NCBI RefSeq assembly: GCF_001194135.2
Contig: NC_068996.1
Coordinates: 39,120,030-39,184,029 of the forward strand
Source of the DNA: Octopus bimaculoides
Taxonomy: Eukaryota
Length of the DNA: 64,000 nt
Direction: 5' to 3'
Position numbers and translations under genes: made by a program. The notes beneath the pieces are model-generated. The model saw only the letters and a list, made by a program, of their open reading frames with translations, was not told where the DNA came from and ran no database searches. Shown piece after piece: positions 25,940-39,360 of this stretch (within the stretch, counting starts at the first letter, position 1; the number at the start of each line of letters is the position of its first letter).

Positions 25940-26430
25940 AATTGAGCGTGGCCATATTGGGGCATTGCCTTGAAGAGTTCTAGTTGAACAAATCAACCCT
26001 GGGACTTATTTAAGCCTAGTACTTATTCTATTGGTCTCTTTTGCCAAACTGCTAAGTTATGAGGATGTAAATACACCAACATCAGTTGCCAAGTGATGGT
26101 TGGTGGATAAACAGACACATAAAAGTGTGTGTATATATATATATATATACGTACACGACAGGCTTCTTTCAGTTTTTGTCAACCAAATCCACTCACTAAC
26201 TTCTTACCACACAGCCATACCCGTGCCTATATATATATATAGCTTACTGTTTCATTCAGGTAAGATCAACAAAATATATATATATATTTTAGCTTCTGTC
26301 TACCAAATCCACTGATTGGCCCAAGGCTATACTAGAAAGCACTTGCCCAAGGTGCCACAAAATGGGATTGAACCTGGAACCATGTGGTTGGGAAACAAGC
26401 TTCTTATCACACAGCCATGCTTGCACCTAT
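25940..26430 (-). mobile_element. SINE family A, rearranged with a duplicated head region
   Basis: The ttcttaccacacagccat and ctaccaaatccact segments each occur twice. Confidence 0.7.
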
Positions 26431-26969
26431 ATATATAAATACATATGTATACATAGCTTACTATTTCATTAAGGTAACATCAACAGAGAAAAAAAGTATT
26501 CCATCCAGTGAGACAAAAATCATTTAAAGTACACAATATAAAGTTACTAGCTACTATAGCTTCTTGCTTTGGAGACGCAGGTCTTGGCAGGTTTTAGGTA
26601 GTGACAAAAAACCTACCTAGACCTGTGTTTCCAAAGCAGGAAGCTATTAGTAGCTCATATTTTCATACTGTGTACATTAAATGACATATATATATACACA
26701 AATCATTGTTTAATGTTTGCCTTCCATGGTGGGATGATATCATCATCGTTTAACGTCTGCTATCCAAGCTGGTATGGGTTAAATGGTTTGACTGAGGACT
26801 GGCAAGGCAGGAGGCTGCACAAGGTTCCAATCTGATCTGGAAAGGTTTCTACAGCTGGATGCCCTTCCTAATGCCAACCACTCCAAGTGTAGTGGGTGCT
26901 TTTTATGTGCCACCAGTATGGGGGCCAGTCAGGTGACACTGGCATGATATATATAGATATATAATATCA

Positions 26970-27330
26970 TGCGTAGCTGTGTTGTAAGAAGTTTGCTTAC
27001 CAACCACATGGTTCTGGGTTCAGTCCCACTGCGTGTCACCTTGGGCAAGTGACTTCTAGTATAGTCTCAGGCAGACCAAAGCCTTATGAGTGGATTTGGT
27101 AGACAGAAAACTGAAAGAAGTGTGTTGTGTGTATGTCTCTTTATCCCCCACCACCACTGGACAACTAGTGTTAGTGTGTTTACGTCCCTGTAACTTATTG
27201 ATCAATAAAAGAGACAGAATATGTATCTCGCTAAAAAAAAAAAAAGTACTGGGGTTGATTCGTTCAGCTAAAAATTATTCAAGATGGTGTCTCAGCATAG
27301 TTGCAGTGTGACTGAAACAAGTAAAGATAA
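26970..27330 (+). mobile_element. SINE family A
   Basis: Head gtagctgtgttgtaagaag..ggttcagtcccac through tail gactgaaacaagtaaag. Confidence 0.8.
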
Positions 27331-28924
27331 GATATATGTGTGTGTGTGTGTAGGGAATTTTCCTGTTGGCTTTAACACATGAAAGTCTAACAACCAACAT
27401 TAAAGCTGTTAGTCTACCTACTTAGATTATTTGTATTCATGGTGAAAGCTTGTTTTAGCACCAGCAACATTATTTGGGAATGCCTATAACCACAAAGTTG
27501 AGGAAATGTTTGCCACAGTCAATGAACAATATAGCTCAAATTTTTCTATTGTATCAGTACCACCATATAAGTAGTCAGTACCTGTGCTGGTATCACATAA
27601 AAGCACCCAGCACACTCTGTAAAGTGGCTGACATTTTGAAGGGTATCCAGCCATAGAAACCAAGCCAAATCAGACCAGAACCTAGTGACTCTCTGGTTTG
27701 CCAGCTCAGGTCAAACCATCCAACCCATGCCAGCATAGAAAATAGACATTAAAGGAGATGATGATGAGATCTCCTAGGTTTGTTGCCTGTAGCATGGCAC
27801 TCTGGAAAGTTAAATGCACACTTGGGTTCCAAACCAGAAGTTTCTAAATCCTTCTATGTACATTCATATACACAGGCAACATGCAACTGGATGGCTGTTG
27901 GTTCTCCTTAGTTCATCCACTCTTTGAAAGCTTTCGTTTTTACATCATGCAGAGTATTCAAAAAGACCATTTGAAACTGACATTGTTGGTCACGATGACA
28001 AGGGTTTCAATTGATCTTATCAACAGAACAGCCTACTTTGTGAAGTGGCTGAGCACTCCACAAACAAGTAGTTCTTGGAGAGATTCAGCTTGACACAGTG
28101 TGACAAGGCTGGCCCCTTGAAATACATGTACTACTCATTTTTACTAGCTGAGTGGACTGGAGCGATGTGTTAGCACACATAGTAAGAAGTTTGCTTCCTA
28201 ACCACATCATTTAGGTTCCAGTCTCAAAGCATGGTACCCTGGGCAAGTGTCTTTTACTATAATCCTAGGCCTTGCAATCAACTTGGTAGACAGAAACTGA
28301 GAAAAGTCTATTGCATATTAAAGGCAAAGAGACAGTACACAGACATGCATACATACACCTGTGTGCACATTCTTGCGTTATGGTCGCCTTGACATCACAT
28401 GATAGTTGTTAGCGAATGTCACCCTCATGAAAATGGTGTCCTTTGTTCCCAATATTCTGAGACTGGTCATAGGGAAATATTACCTAACATAGAGACAAGT
28501 GTGGGCTAGTGACAGATAGAAACTTTGCTCTACAAATTCTGTACGACCCATATGAGCATGAAGTACACGTTAAATGATGATGATGATGGTAAAAACAGCA
28601 TACACGTCCAGTATAAACACTTTGCTTTTTTAAAAATTTATTATGTTCTGGTAGACACATACATGCTCGATTTACACACATGTAAATATTGATTTCAAAT
28701 TTTTGGTACAAGGTCAGCAATTTCGGGGAAGGGGCTAAACGATTATATTGACACCAGTACTCAACTGGTACTTATTTTACAGACCCTGAAAGGATGAAAG
28801 GCGAAGTCAACCTCGGTGGAATTTGAACTCAGAAAGTGAAGACGAAATGTCGTTAAGCATTTTGCCTGGTGTGCTAACAATACTGCCAGTTTGCAGCCTT
28901 GTGCACACAAAAATATCAATATCA

Positions 28925-28963
<39 letters not shown>

Positions 28964-28970
<7 letters not shown>

Positions 28971-29075
28971 GATCTAATTTGGATTCTTTGCCATCAAATT
29001 TGAATTCTTTGCAATTAAATTCAATTGCAAAGAATTCAAATTTGATGACAAAGAATCCAAACTAGATCGAAAACA
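28964..29075. repeat. Near-perfect palindrome (53-bp arms, 6-nt loop, 2 mismatches)
   Basis: tgttttcgatctaatttggattctttgccatcaaatttgaattctttgcaatt-aaattc-aattgcaaagaattcaaatttgatgacaaagaatccaaactagatcgaaaaca. Confidence 0.9.
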
Positions 29076-29345
29076 TCTATCTNNNNNNNNNNNNNNNNNN
29101 NNNNNNNNNNNNNNNNNNNNNNNNNNNNNNNNNNNNNNNNNNNNNNNNNNNNNNNNNNNNNNNNNNNNNNNNNNNNNNNNNNNNNNNNNNNNNNNNNNNN
29201 NNNNNNNNNNNNNNNNNNNNNNNNNNNNNNNNNNNNNNNNNNNNNNNNNNNNNNNNNNNNNNNNNNNNNNNNNNNNNNNNNNNNNNNNNNNNNNNNNNNN
29301 NNNNNNNNNNNNNNNNNNNNNNNNNNNNNNNNNNNNNNNNNNNNN

Positions 29346-29376
<31 letters not shown>

Positions 29377-31557
29377 ATTGAACATATGAATTGTAATTAT
29401 CTGTGTGTATATAAATTACAAGCCATGGTAATATTCGTAATTCATTGAAACCGATTGTAAACGACGCAAAATAGCTATGAACAACTGCGGTTGAAATTCA
29501 CTGAAATAACAAAGAGGCTTTAATGATAATTGTTTTTTCTTTTTATCATCGGAAGTGCCAATGGGTAGAGGTCAAGTTGGGCAGCTGAAGGCCCGTGTAT
29601 GCATGTATGTCAGTGTTTCACAATCGGGATCCATGCAAGCTGAATAGTAAATGGAGGATCCACAGTAGTATGTTAAGGGTCCATACAAAAAAAAAAAAAA
29701 AAAAATTGCTTCTGATGTATTTTATGGCAAGGAACAGTAAGGTTTCTTTCTCTTACGTTGTACATAGTTCAACCTAGTAAATGTGTGAATAACAAAATAG
29801 AAATACCTATAAAACTAGTTTTTACAAATCGAACGGCTATGGGGGATCCACCAGAGTAATAATAGTACTGGAGGGGTTCAAAGGTTAAAATGAACAAAAA
29901 AAAAAAAAAAANNNNNNNNNNAAAAAAAAAAAAAAAAAAAACCCATCGAGAACTGCTACTACTCAAAGGCGAGAGTCGTAGAAACACACACACACAGTGT
30001 CAGACAAAGAGGGATACTTTATGCTAATTGGTATATTTTCCCCCTTTGGAAATAAACTTTTCTACAATAGGCACAACGCGATCCTCCTAGTGCTTAGCTG
30101 GTACTTATTTCATTCATCGACTCCGAAAAGGATGAAAGGCAAAGCCGACCGACCGACCTCAGCGGAATATGAACGTAAAGACGGACGAAATGTCATTTAG
30201 CATTTTGTCCGGCTTGCTTTACAATTCTGCCCGCTCGCCGTCTGTTCCCTTCGGAAATAATGTATTTTAATTTCACGACTAAATATACAAGTAAAATATA
30301 TAAATGAAAATATATATCGCCACACACACACACATATATATAATGTAAATGATGAGGAAAAAAGAACAGTATACAAAATTATGGGCGGAGTTTTGGAATA
30401 GCTGTCCCTGCCTCATAGGGAAGGAAGAGGAAATAGATTTAGGGGCTTAGGGGCAAAAAAATGTGGAAAATTTCATCCCCCATAAAAGGTAGGAGTAGTT
30501 ATTCCAAAACTCAACTGAATTATGAGCAATCAAGTCATTAAAAATACGATACAAATCAAATTTTACGAGTAGAGAGAAAGCAAGAAATTTCCAATTAGCA
30601 GATTTTGATTTTCAAGAATTTTTAAATAAACAAAACTTATAAACGTTTTAAAAGTGTTAGTGACCACTCATAACTTAAAGTGGTTTGAAATGTAGCATAA
30701 AATGGTGGAAAAAATAATAAAAAGAATTAAATGTAACAAAAATGTAATAAAAAAATTGTTTCGGCAAATAGGGAAAACTATGGTAGTTTAGAGCTGCAAA
30801 AGATATTTACAAAATGCTCTTTAAATGAGATTTTGATGCTTGAGAAAGTGAATGGCATTAGTTATAGTAAGATCTGGAAAGAAAACAAAATGGAATGTCA
30901 TTTCTGGAGCGCATTTCATTATTGAATCTTTTCTATTTTTGTATATAAATATCAATTTGTTACATACAACATACAATATATATAAAGACAAAAAATAATA
31001 ATTTATTCATGTTTGACAATGCCCGCATGTAATAAAACATACATAGATACATATATACAGAGCAAATAAGTTTGAAGAAATTAAAAAATAAAAATGGTGA
31101 TCAATTAAGAATTGGGAAATAAATAGAATGCCATGATTGAAAATGTTTTCTTTACACAAAAAAGAAAAAGAAAAGAGGAATCCTTTAATTGAAGTATTAA
31201 TCTCATACAAAACCAACTTAAGGTCTTCAGGGCATGACCATTCTATCTTATTTTTTAAAGACTACATTATTCATCAATGTATCTATCCCTCCCCTTTTTG
31301 TAAGATGGTAGGATGTGATTTGAGGAAGACTAGGTTTGCAATTTTTAGCCGGTTGAACGAATATGTAGAGCTTTTCCCGTTGGCTCAGTGTAAATCGTAG
31401 GGGGGAAAAGTTGTGGTGTTCATCCTTTTCACAAAGTTTTAACATACACACACGTTATGATATATATATATACATACATACGAACACACACACATATACG
31501 CATTTACATATTTATATCTAAAAATGTTTGTAAATAAAAATGGACGTCTTGCGTATG

Positions 31558-31595
<38 letters not shown>

Positions 31596-31678
31596 AGAGA
31601 GATGATGTATGACTATATACCTTCATACATATATATATGTGTTTTTGCTGATCATGCTATATGTATGACTATATACAT

Positions 31679-31728
<50 letters not shown>

Positions 31729-31959
31729 GTAATGTATATATGTATTTATGTGTGCGTGTTTGCTGATCATGTTAATGTATAACTATATACATCCATATAT
31801 ATATTTATACATATATATACATACACACACATATATGAAATGTACATATTAGATATTTTCAAAATATCATTTAGCTTGACACCATTATTAAATATATATA
31901 TATATATGTATGTGTATATATATACATAATATAAATATTATGTATGTATGTATGGACAT

Positions 31960-32020
31960 AAATGTAAATAAAATGAAAGTGAACCAAAATGGACGTCTTG
32001 CGCCCGTAAAGGCCATCTAG
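31960..32020 (+). mobile_element. Possible Helitron 3' terminus
   Basis: ...ttgcGCCcgtaaaGGCcatCTAG|T: a short GC hairpin followed by CTAG at 32017-32020. The preceding aaaatggacgtcttgcg motif recurs near 31540. Confidence 0.4.
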
Positions 32021-32045
32021 TCCTCTAATGTGTATGTATGTGTTC

Positions 32046-32077
<32 letters not shown>

Positions 32078-35000
32078 TGTGTCGATACTTATAAACAGTT
32101 TTTAGACAAGTGAAACATTTCAGTCGCAATGTCTTTTAAATCCCAAACTGACAATAGGCAAAAGTTTCATACTGTATTCCGAGGTCTAATTTGAGTTAAT
32201 CAAAATGCTTAGAGAAGAATTAGCGGTAAGCTCAACCGGCTAGAAATAACAACTAATTTCCCTCTAAAATCACACCCACCGAATTTTTTTTTTCTAGAGG
32301 ACATATTGGATATTGCAGTCTGGATATGAGCAATGTCAGGAAAGAGAGGATGGTTTTATGGCCTAAAAACCATTGGCGGCTATTTGTCGAAGGCTGACTT
32401 GGAGTTAAAAATCGAATACTACTACTGAAAAATTAATAGATACAAAATCTTAGATATACACTAAATTTGCATTAGTCATATAGTACAAAATGACATTATG
32501 GTAATTATTCATTCCTTGGGATTCATCAATGATAGAAATCGCAAAGGAAAGGCAAGAAGTGGTTTTGACGAAGTAATTAAATGTTTTATAATTTTCACAA
32601 AATCTAGTCCTACAAAATGGACACGGGATAGGGTTGTACAGAATTACACTGTTCTAGGAAATAAATAGTCAATGACTTTGATCACGGATGGGAATCGCAG
32701 GTCTGACCTGGGGCTAAACAACAATTAATCTAATGACCTCTTTATTAGACCAATACAGAACTAAAAATAAATATTACTATCAAGTGATGCGTAGATTTAT
32801 TCTATTGCCTCGTTAACATTATATGGCCCCGAAGTGTCTTTTTAAGAAATACATTGGTCAAAGAATTTGAGCCAGGTCTCTAAGTACGAGACTAATTAAC
32901 CACCCCATGAGTGACGGATGTCAATGTAGAAAGGTCAAAGGTCGCAGACTAAACTGCTGAAAAAAATAACACAAAAAATATTTTTGCAAACTTGTAAAAA
33001 TATTCTTTTTGATTTTGATTGTTAACAGGTCCATTCTTAACAGTCATTAGTTTCTTTCTGTATACTTTTTATATTACAAATTTAATGACCGCAAATGCTC
33101 TTGCCAGCGTACGACGAGTCAAGAGAAATAACATGGTGGATTAATTACATGACCCTAGCAAAAGCCCAATGAGCTCAATTCTATTTTTGAATCAATTTTA
33201 ATTTTAATTCTTTTTTTTAAAATGAAACTTTAGTTAACACTTTTGGTGCCTTATTCAATTCTATGAATTGCAAAAAGGAAGAACAAAGAAATTTTTTAAA
33301 AAGAGAGAAAAAAATTAAAATTGCTTTCTAACGCGGTCGGTTGACCTGGGCAGAAATAACAATCTCCCTGATCTCAATACACACACACACATTCCTATTC
33401 ATGAAAGAGGACAAAGTAATGAAAAGCCAGATAAAGCTAAGACTTGTAGTCACGCGGTCTGGATGCCCTTGATTATAATAAAATCTGCTCGATCAGGTTT
33501 GAAATATGGGTGGGGGGGAACGAACAACATTCAAATATATGTGGGTGTGTGTGTAAAAATGTGAAGCCATGAACCATAATGATGAAAATTCTTTGTTATC
33601 CACCTAAATTATAACAGATTTATGCACAATTAGTAATTCAATGTACAAAAAAAAAAAAAAAAGTTAACAGGCAAAGAAAGTTGGCCTTCATGTATATGAA
33701 AACATAATCAAATAAAATCAAGATAACATGAAATATTTAAAATAAGTTTTACTGATAAATCAGGTGATTTTTAAGACAACATTTGAAATGGTTGTATTTC
33801 TTCAAAAGCAGTTTCAACAGAAAATACTTAAAACGATACATCTGCGCCTGATTGTTACAATATATTCTCTAAAGTGAAAAAAAAGTACATGTATAGTATT
33901 ACTAATAATATATTAACNNNNNNNNNNNNNNNNNNNNNNNNNNNNNNNNNNNNNNNNNNNNNNNNNNNNNNNNNNNNNNNNNNNNNNNNNNNNNNNNNNN
34001 NNNNNNNNNNNNNNNNNNNNNNNNNNNNNNNNNNNNNNNNNNNNNNNNNNNNNNNNNNNNNNNNNNNNNNNNNNNNNNNNNNNNNNNNNNNNNNNNNNNN
34101 NNNNNNNNNNNNNNNNNNNNNNNNNNNNNNNNNNNNNNNNNNNNNNNNNNNNNNNNNNNNNNNNNNNNNNNNNNNNNNNNNNNNNNNNNNNNNNNNNNNN
34201 NNNNNNNNNNNNNNNNNNNNNNNNNNNNNNNNNNNNNNNNNNNNNNNNNNNNNNNNNNNNNNNNNNNNNNNNNNNNNNNNNNNNNNNNNNNNNNNNNNNN
34301 NNNNNNNNNNNNNNNNNNNNNNNNNNNNNNNNNNNNNNNNNNNNNNNNNNNNNNNNNNNNNNNNNNNNNNNNNNNNNNNNNNNNNNNNNNNNNNNNNNNN
34401 NNNNNNNNNNNNNNNNNNNNNNNNNNNNNNNNNNNNNNNNNNNNNNNNNNNNNNNNNNNNNNNNNNNNNNNNNNNNNNNNNNNNNNNNNNNNNNNNNNNN
34501 NNNNNNNNNNNNNNNNNNNNNNNNNNNNNNATATATATATATATATATATATAAAATCGTGGGGTATACATGTGTGTGTATAGCAAATTTGTGTAATATA
34601 CATATATATATATATACATACATATACACACACACACATATATATATTATATACACACACATAATTACACATGTATATAACGTATACATAATGTGTATAT
34701 CAATATACATATAATGGTGTATATTATATATACATTTATATGTATATGTGTGTGTGTGTAAAATTGGGGATGCAAACAAAAAATAGCTCAGAACATGAGT
34801 ATATATATATATATATTCCTTATTAATAATTACATATACCCTCATGGGTGTATGTGTGTTAGAATTTTCAGTGTAATTAATTCAGTTTTTGCCTTTAAGT
34901 ATTCTTTGTACATTTATGAAATTACGTTCTCATTTACTTTGACCTTTAATAATTTATGAAATTTTTTTTCTTTTTTAATATGTGCTCAATTTATTTTACA

Positions 35001-35239
35001 TCCTTGTTACTATTCATTCGCCCCCCCCCCCTTAAACTGATTATCAAAATCAGATTATAAATAAAGAAATGCTGATTGTTAATATGCTAATCTCACGTTT
35101 CTAGTTTCTATTACGGAAATCAAATATTTCAACATTCTTAGAATTTTACTCATACATTCATACACACGCACTTCGTCGTTGAGATCATAACGGGCTTGTT
35201 TAAATCATATACCGCAATATCACTTCCCTTTGTTTAGCC

Positions 35240-35410
35240 CCTGGCCTGCTCTGATCGAGATCTTTGATCAAAGACAATCACTCATGACCATCCCATTTTT
35301 TTTATTACTCAGAACCACATTGTCCAATGACTTCTCTCTATTTTAAAATGTTGGAGTGTGATTTGAAGGAGACCTGACCGCAATTTTTAGCAGTTCGAAC
35401 GACCGCGTTA
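35240..35410 (-). repeat. Interspersed repeat family H (fragments also near 1935-2030, 12120-12200, 13960-14040, 14720-14800, 32230-32330, 33330-33480, 52010-52150)
   Basis: Recurrent ctagaaatagcagccaaatctccctcaaatcacacc-like motif; class unassigned. Confidence 0.6.
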
Positions 35411-36959
35411 TGATTCGCTCCCTCGTGTTTTTCAGCTCTGATCGATCGTTCAAATTGGTAACTATCAAATGATTGGTAACAAGCTAACTACTGCTATAAA
35501 AGATAATTTATGTTCAGCTTATAACAATAATTACTCATTAATTAGTCAATGGAGCTGGCAATTAGTGTTGATAAAGTAAACTGCTCCTTTCTCCAGGAAA
35601 GGAAAGATCTGGCTGCTGTTTCTAGTATGCCCTTCTACCACTTGACAGCTACTTGCAATAAAGGACCCACCGATATTTGACCCCTTTATCCGCTTTCGTT
35701 TCCGGAAAAAAGTGGCTTGCGGCGAGTTTGGAGGTCAGATACTCGAACAAAAACCCGTAGAAAAAAAAAATATTGCACACTGAGGTACGAATGGGTCCTT
35801 TACGAAATATTTACCTAATTATTTTAGTCATTCATGGAATGATTTATGTTCATTAAAACCTGGCCTAAATTCCGACTTGAGTAGCAGAAAAGAAAATCTT
35901 TCGCCGGAAAGATCTGGTATTAAATTTTCAAGATTATAAATACACGAATTTCGTGTTCAAACACAAAACGAAACACTTTGGAACTGTATCCAATAAAGGA
36001 ACATTTGATTATTTTGCTACTAGTAAAAATCGATTTAATCCTTTTCCTAATCCAGCAGTCTCTTATATTTTCACTTCTTCAAACGAATCCAATGCATTAA
36101 TAATTGCCATTTAATATGATTTTTTCCCCCAATTGTAACTTTTTGCTGATTTTTAATTTTGCCAAAGATACAAAAGAAAAACCCCAACAACTTAATCCTT
36201 GGTTTTTGTATTCGAACTGGTAACAATTTTTGTCTGTTTGATCTTGTAAGACCACATTGTAGAAGAGGAAATAAGTACGAAGGTTTATTGCACTAATGGA
36301 TTAAGAGCATAAAAGAGATAGAGTAAAGTTCAAATAGTGGGCGATAACAAAAGAGGTCATTGAGAGGAAGAGAGTAACGAAGGGAGGGAAGAAAAAAGAG
36401 CTTCATTTAGAAATGATGAAATATTTTGAGAGAGGGGTGAAGGCGAGGAAAGAGGCGGGAAAAGGGTATGTGGAGATAAACAAAGATATCAAGCTTGAAA
36501 TGGAGGGCATAATAATTGCGTCTTAAATGAAAACGTTTCTTCGTGTTGTGGAAATGCGTAGTTTATTAAATGAACTCGCATATATGATTTTGTTTTAGTT
36601 TGTTCACAAGATAGGGAACAGTTTGTTGTAATAGTACAAATTCAATTTAACTCGTGACTGGAGTGTTAAGATTAGGAATATTAATGCTCTCCATGAGAGT
36701 AAAAGAAACATTTTTCTGACAAGAATTACTTTTGAAGTAACCGAGAGGAATGATGTTAGACTTATTTTTGTCAAGAATTGAATTATTTGAATCTTTAAGT
36801 AGGGTCTCTAAAATTGGTAAAAAAAATGCTTTTCCTTTTATTTAAATATAAAGCTAGTTCAAACGTATTATGCATTAATATTGCTCATTTGTGGGAACAT
36901 CTTAAATGAATAAATAAAACCAATTTAGCGATGTTGAGATTATAAAGAGATGCAAGAAT

Positions 36960-37270
36960 GAGCGCGCCCAAACGTCTCCATTTATATGCCAATGAATAAC
37001 TGCCGGATTGGACTTAATCCATCTAAACCGGAAGTGATCATCATGATTTCATCGAATTTACCGGCGCTCTAAAGATAGTCTTTCCGGTTTTTCTTTGCAT
37101 CTTGGTGTCATTGGATTGTTCTTGCTCACGTTGTATTGACATTTCAACATCTTTGGATCTGTTTGTTAGTAACGCGATATATCACAACTGAAATTATGGG
37201 GAATTTGATCGATTTCCTTTGGTGCAACGGTCCTCCAGATTGGTGGGGTGGTCTTATATTTACAATTGGG
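36960..37270. promoter_or_regulatory. Candidate promoter: CCAAT and ETS motif cluster in locally CpG-containing unique sequence
   Basis: GCCAAT 36988; ATTGG at 37007, 37110, 37239 and 37265; ACCGGAAGTG 37027-37036; TTTCCGGTT 37081-37089; AGCGCGCC 36961. Motif evidence only. Confidence 0.35.
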
Positions 37271-37474
37271 CTGTTTCCTTTCGACCACTCAATGTCCGTA
37301 GAAACGAACATAGGATTTACTGTCGGGGGTTAAGCCGTCTAAGACAATTTTTCCCCCAGATTTGAGAGCCATCCGGGTAGTTTGGTGTTGACTATCGACG
37401 TTGAAAATAGGACCGTTGTCTTTCGTACGGCATCATTATAACAATACGAAAGAAGAACCTAATGGCATATTTTA

Positions 37475-37820
37475 TTTTGTACTTGTTTTTGTCATCGGAC
37501 TGCGGCCATGCTGGGGCACTACCTTGAAGGGTTTAGTCGAACAAATCCACCTTAGTATTTCTTTTCTTTTCAAGCCTAGTAATTATTCTATCAATCCCAT
37601 TTGCCGAACTGCTAAGTTACGGACGTAAACATACCAAAACCGGTTGTCGAGCGGTGGTGGTGGGGCAAACGCAAAGACACACATGCGCACATATTACAGA
37701 TTTCTTTCAATTTCCATTTACCAAATCCACTCACAAGGCTTTGGTCGACCCGGAGTTATAGTAGAAGACACTCAAAGTGTCATGCAGTGGGACTTGAATC
37801 CGGAACCGTGTGGTTGTTCC
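37475..37820 (-). mobile_element. SINE family A
   Basis: Reverse-complement match. Confidence 0.75.
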
Positions 37821-38339
37821 AACCATGTGGTCAGGATGAAACAAACGCCTTGCCTTTATAGCCCATGCCTGTGTCACATGGAGTGATTCTCATTAAACAT
37901 CATTCTTACGTTTTTTGTAGCAGCTATCTTGAACGATGGGCAAGTGTTTTTCTCCTCTATATAGGTCCATTTAAATATTCATGTAGAATGATATGGAGTT
38001 GGGCCATATTATTGTTCTTCAAAAATGCATAACCTCCTTAAGATATAGATAATTGCGATCCACATTTTGAGGTGATTAAACTCAATTTAAATTTGTTTCA
38101 ATTCAGAGCATGTTATGCATTCACTATAAGCTTATTCATTTATTTTTTGCTTTCTGTTTTTGATCGCAAAGTGTTAATGGAAAATTAGCGATAACAATCA
38201 GTGTTAAAAAAAAGTCGGAATTTTGAAAAAAAATTACTTTCAAGAGTTGTGATTTCGAATTTTCAGCACAGGATTCTTTTACCAACTCTCAAAAAGAATA
38301 AAAAAAGTGTGCTGAATAGAGTAGGAAGGTTTGCGAAAA

Positions 38340-38701
38340 CAGGAATTCAAAGAAGTATTGGCTATTTTTCGGTTTGACTCGACTTTTGTCAACAAATAAC
38401 TTTCCGTGTTCAATTTCCGTGAACACGTGTTGTCTTGTCAACTGTCAGTTAACGAAATGGGAAGAGAAAGCTAATGGGTTGTGTGTGCGTGCTTGTTCTG
38501 TATGCGCGCGTGCGCACACACACACACGCACACACACACACACACAGGATCGAGCTTGCACGCACGTACAACCGGTTAACTTTCTCTTCCCACTTCATCA
38601 ACTGGCATTCGACAAGACAACACGTGTTCGTGGAAATTATCGAGTTTTTTGTTGACAAAATTCAAGTCAAATCGAAAGATAGCCTAAATTTTTGATTCCT
38701 G
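38340..38701. mobile_element. Foldback MITE: ~150-bp imperfect arms around a (GC/CA)n core
   Basis: caggaattc..ttgactcgacttttgtcaacaaa..gaacacgtgttgtcttgtc.. mirrored by ..gacaagacaacacgtgttc..tttgttgacaaaattcaagtcaa..gattcctg. Confidence 0.8.
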
Positions 38702-38979
38702 ATGTTATGCAGGAGCAACTGCTAAGAACATCAGCAGCTAAACCCAAGACCACTAGGTTGGGAGGAAAGCTTCTTAACCACAACTGCACTATGCTTAGGT
38801 TAGCTAAATCAAAGCTGACTTTCAATCTTTGAGGATCACATTGCTGGGAATTATTTCCTATTTTGTGTCCTGCAAAGAATTATATATACATTATATATGA
38901 ATTTATATGTGTGCATACATGTATGTATGTATATATATGTATATGTATATTTATATGTATATGTATATATATGTATATC

Positions 38980-39010
<31 letters not shown>

Positions 39011-39039
39011 ATATATATATTTATATATGTATGTATATG

Positions 39040-39360
39040 CTCTTTTACTTGTTTCAGCACCCCCTTTAGTCGAGCAAATCGACACCAGGACTTATTCTTT
39101 GAAAGCCTAGTACTTATTCTATCGTTCTCTTTTGCCAAACCGCTAAGTTACGGGGACGTAAACACACCAGCATCGGTTGTAAAGCGATGTTGCGAGGACA
39201 AACACAGACACACATACATATATATATGTATGTATACTATATATATATATGTATATATACTATAGCCTCAGGCCGACCAAAGGTGCCACGCAGTGGGACT
39301 GAACATGGAACCATGTGGTTCGTAAGCAAGCTACTTACCACACAGCCATTCCAACGCCTA
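39040..39360 (-). mobile_element. SINE family A
   Basis: Reverse-complement match with an internal deletion. Confidence 0.75.
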
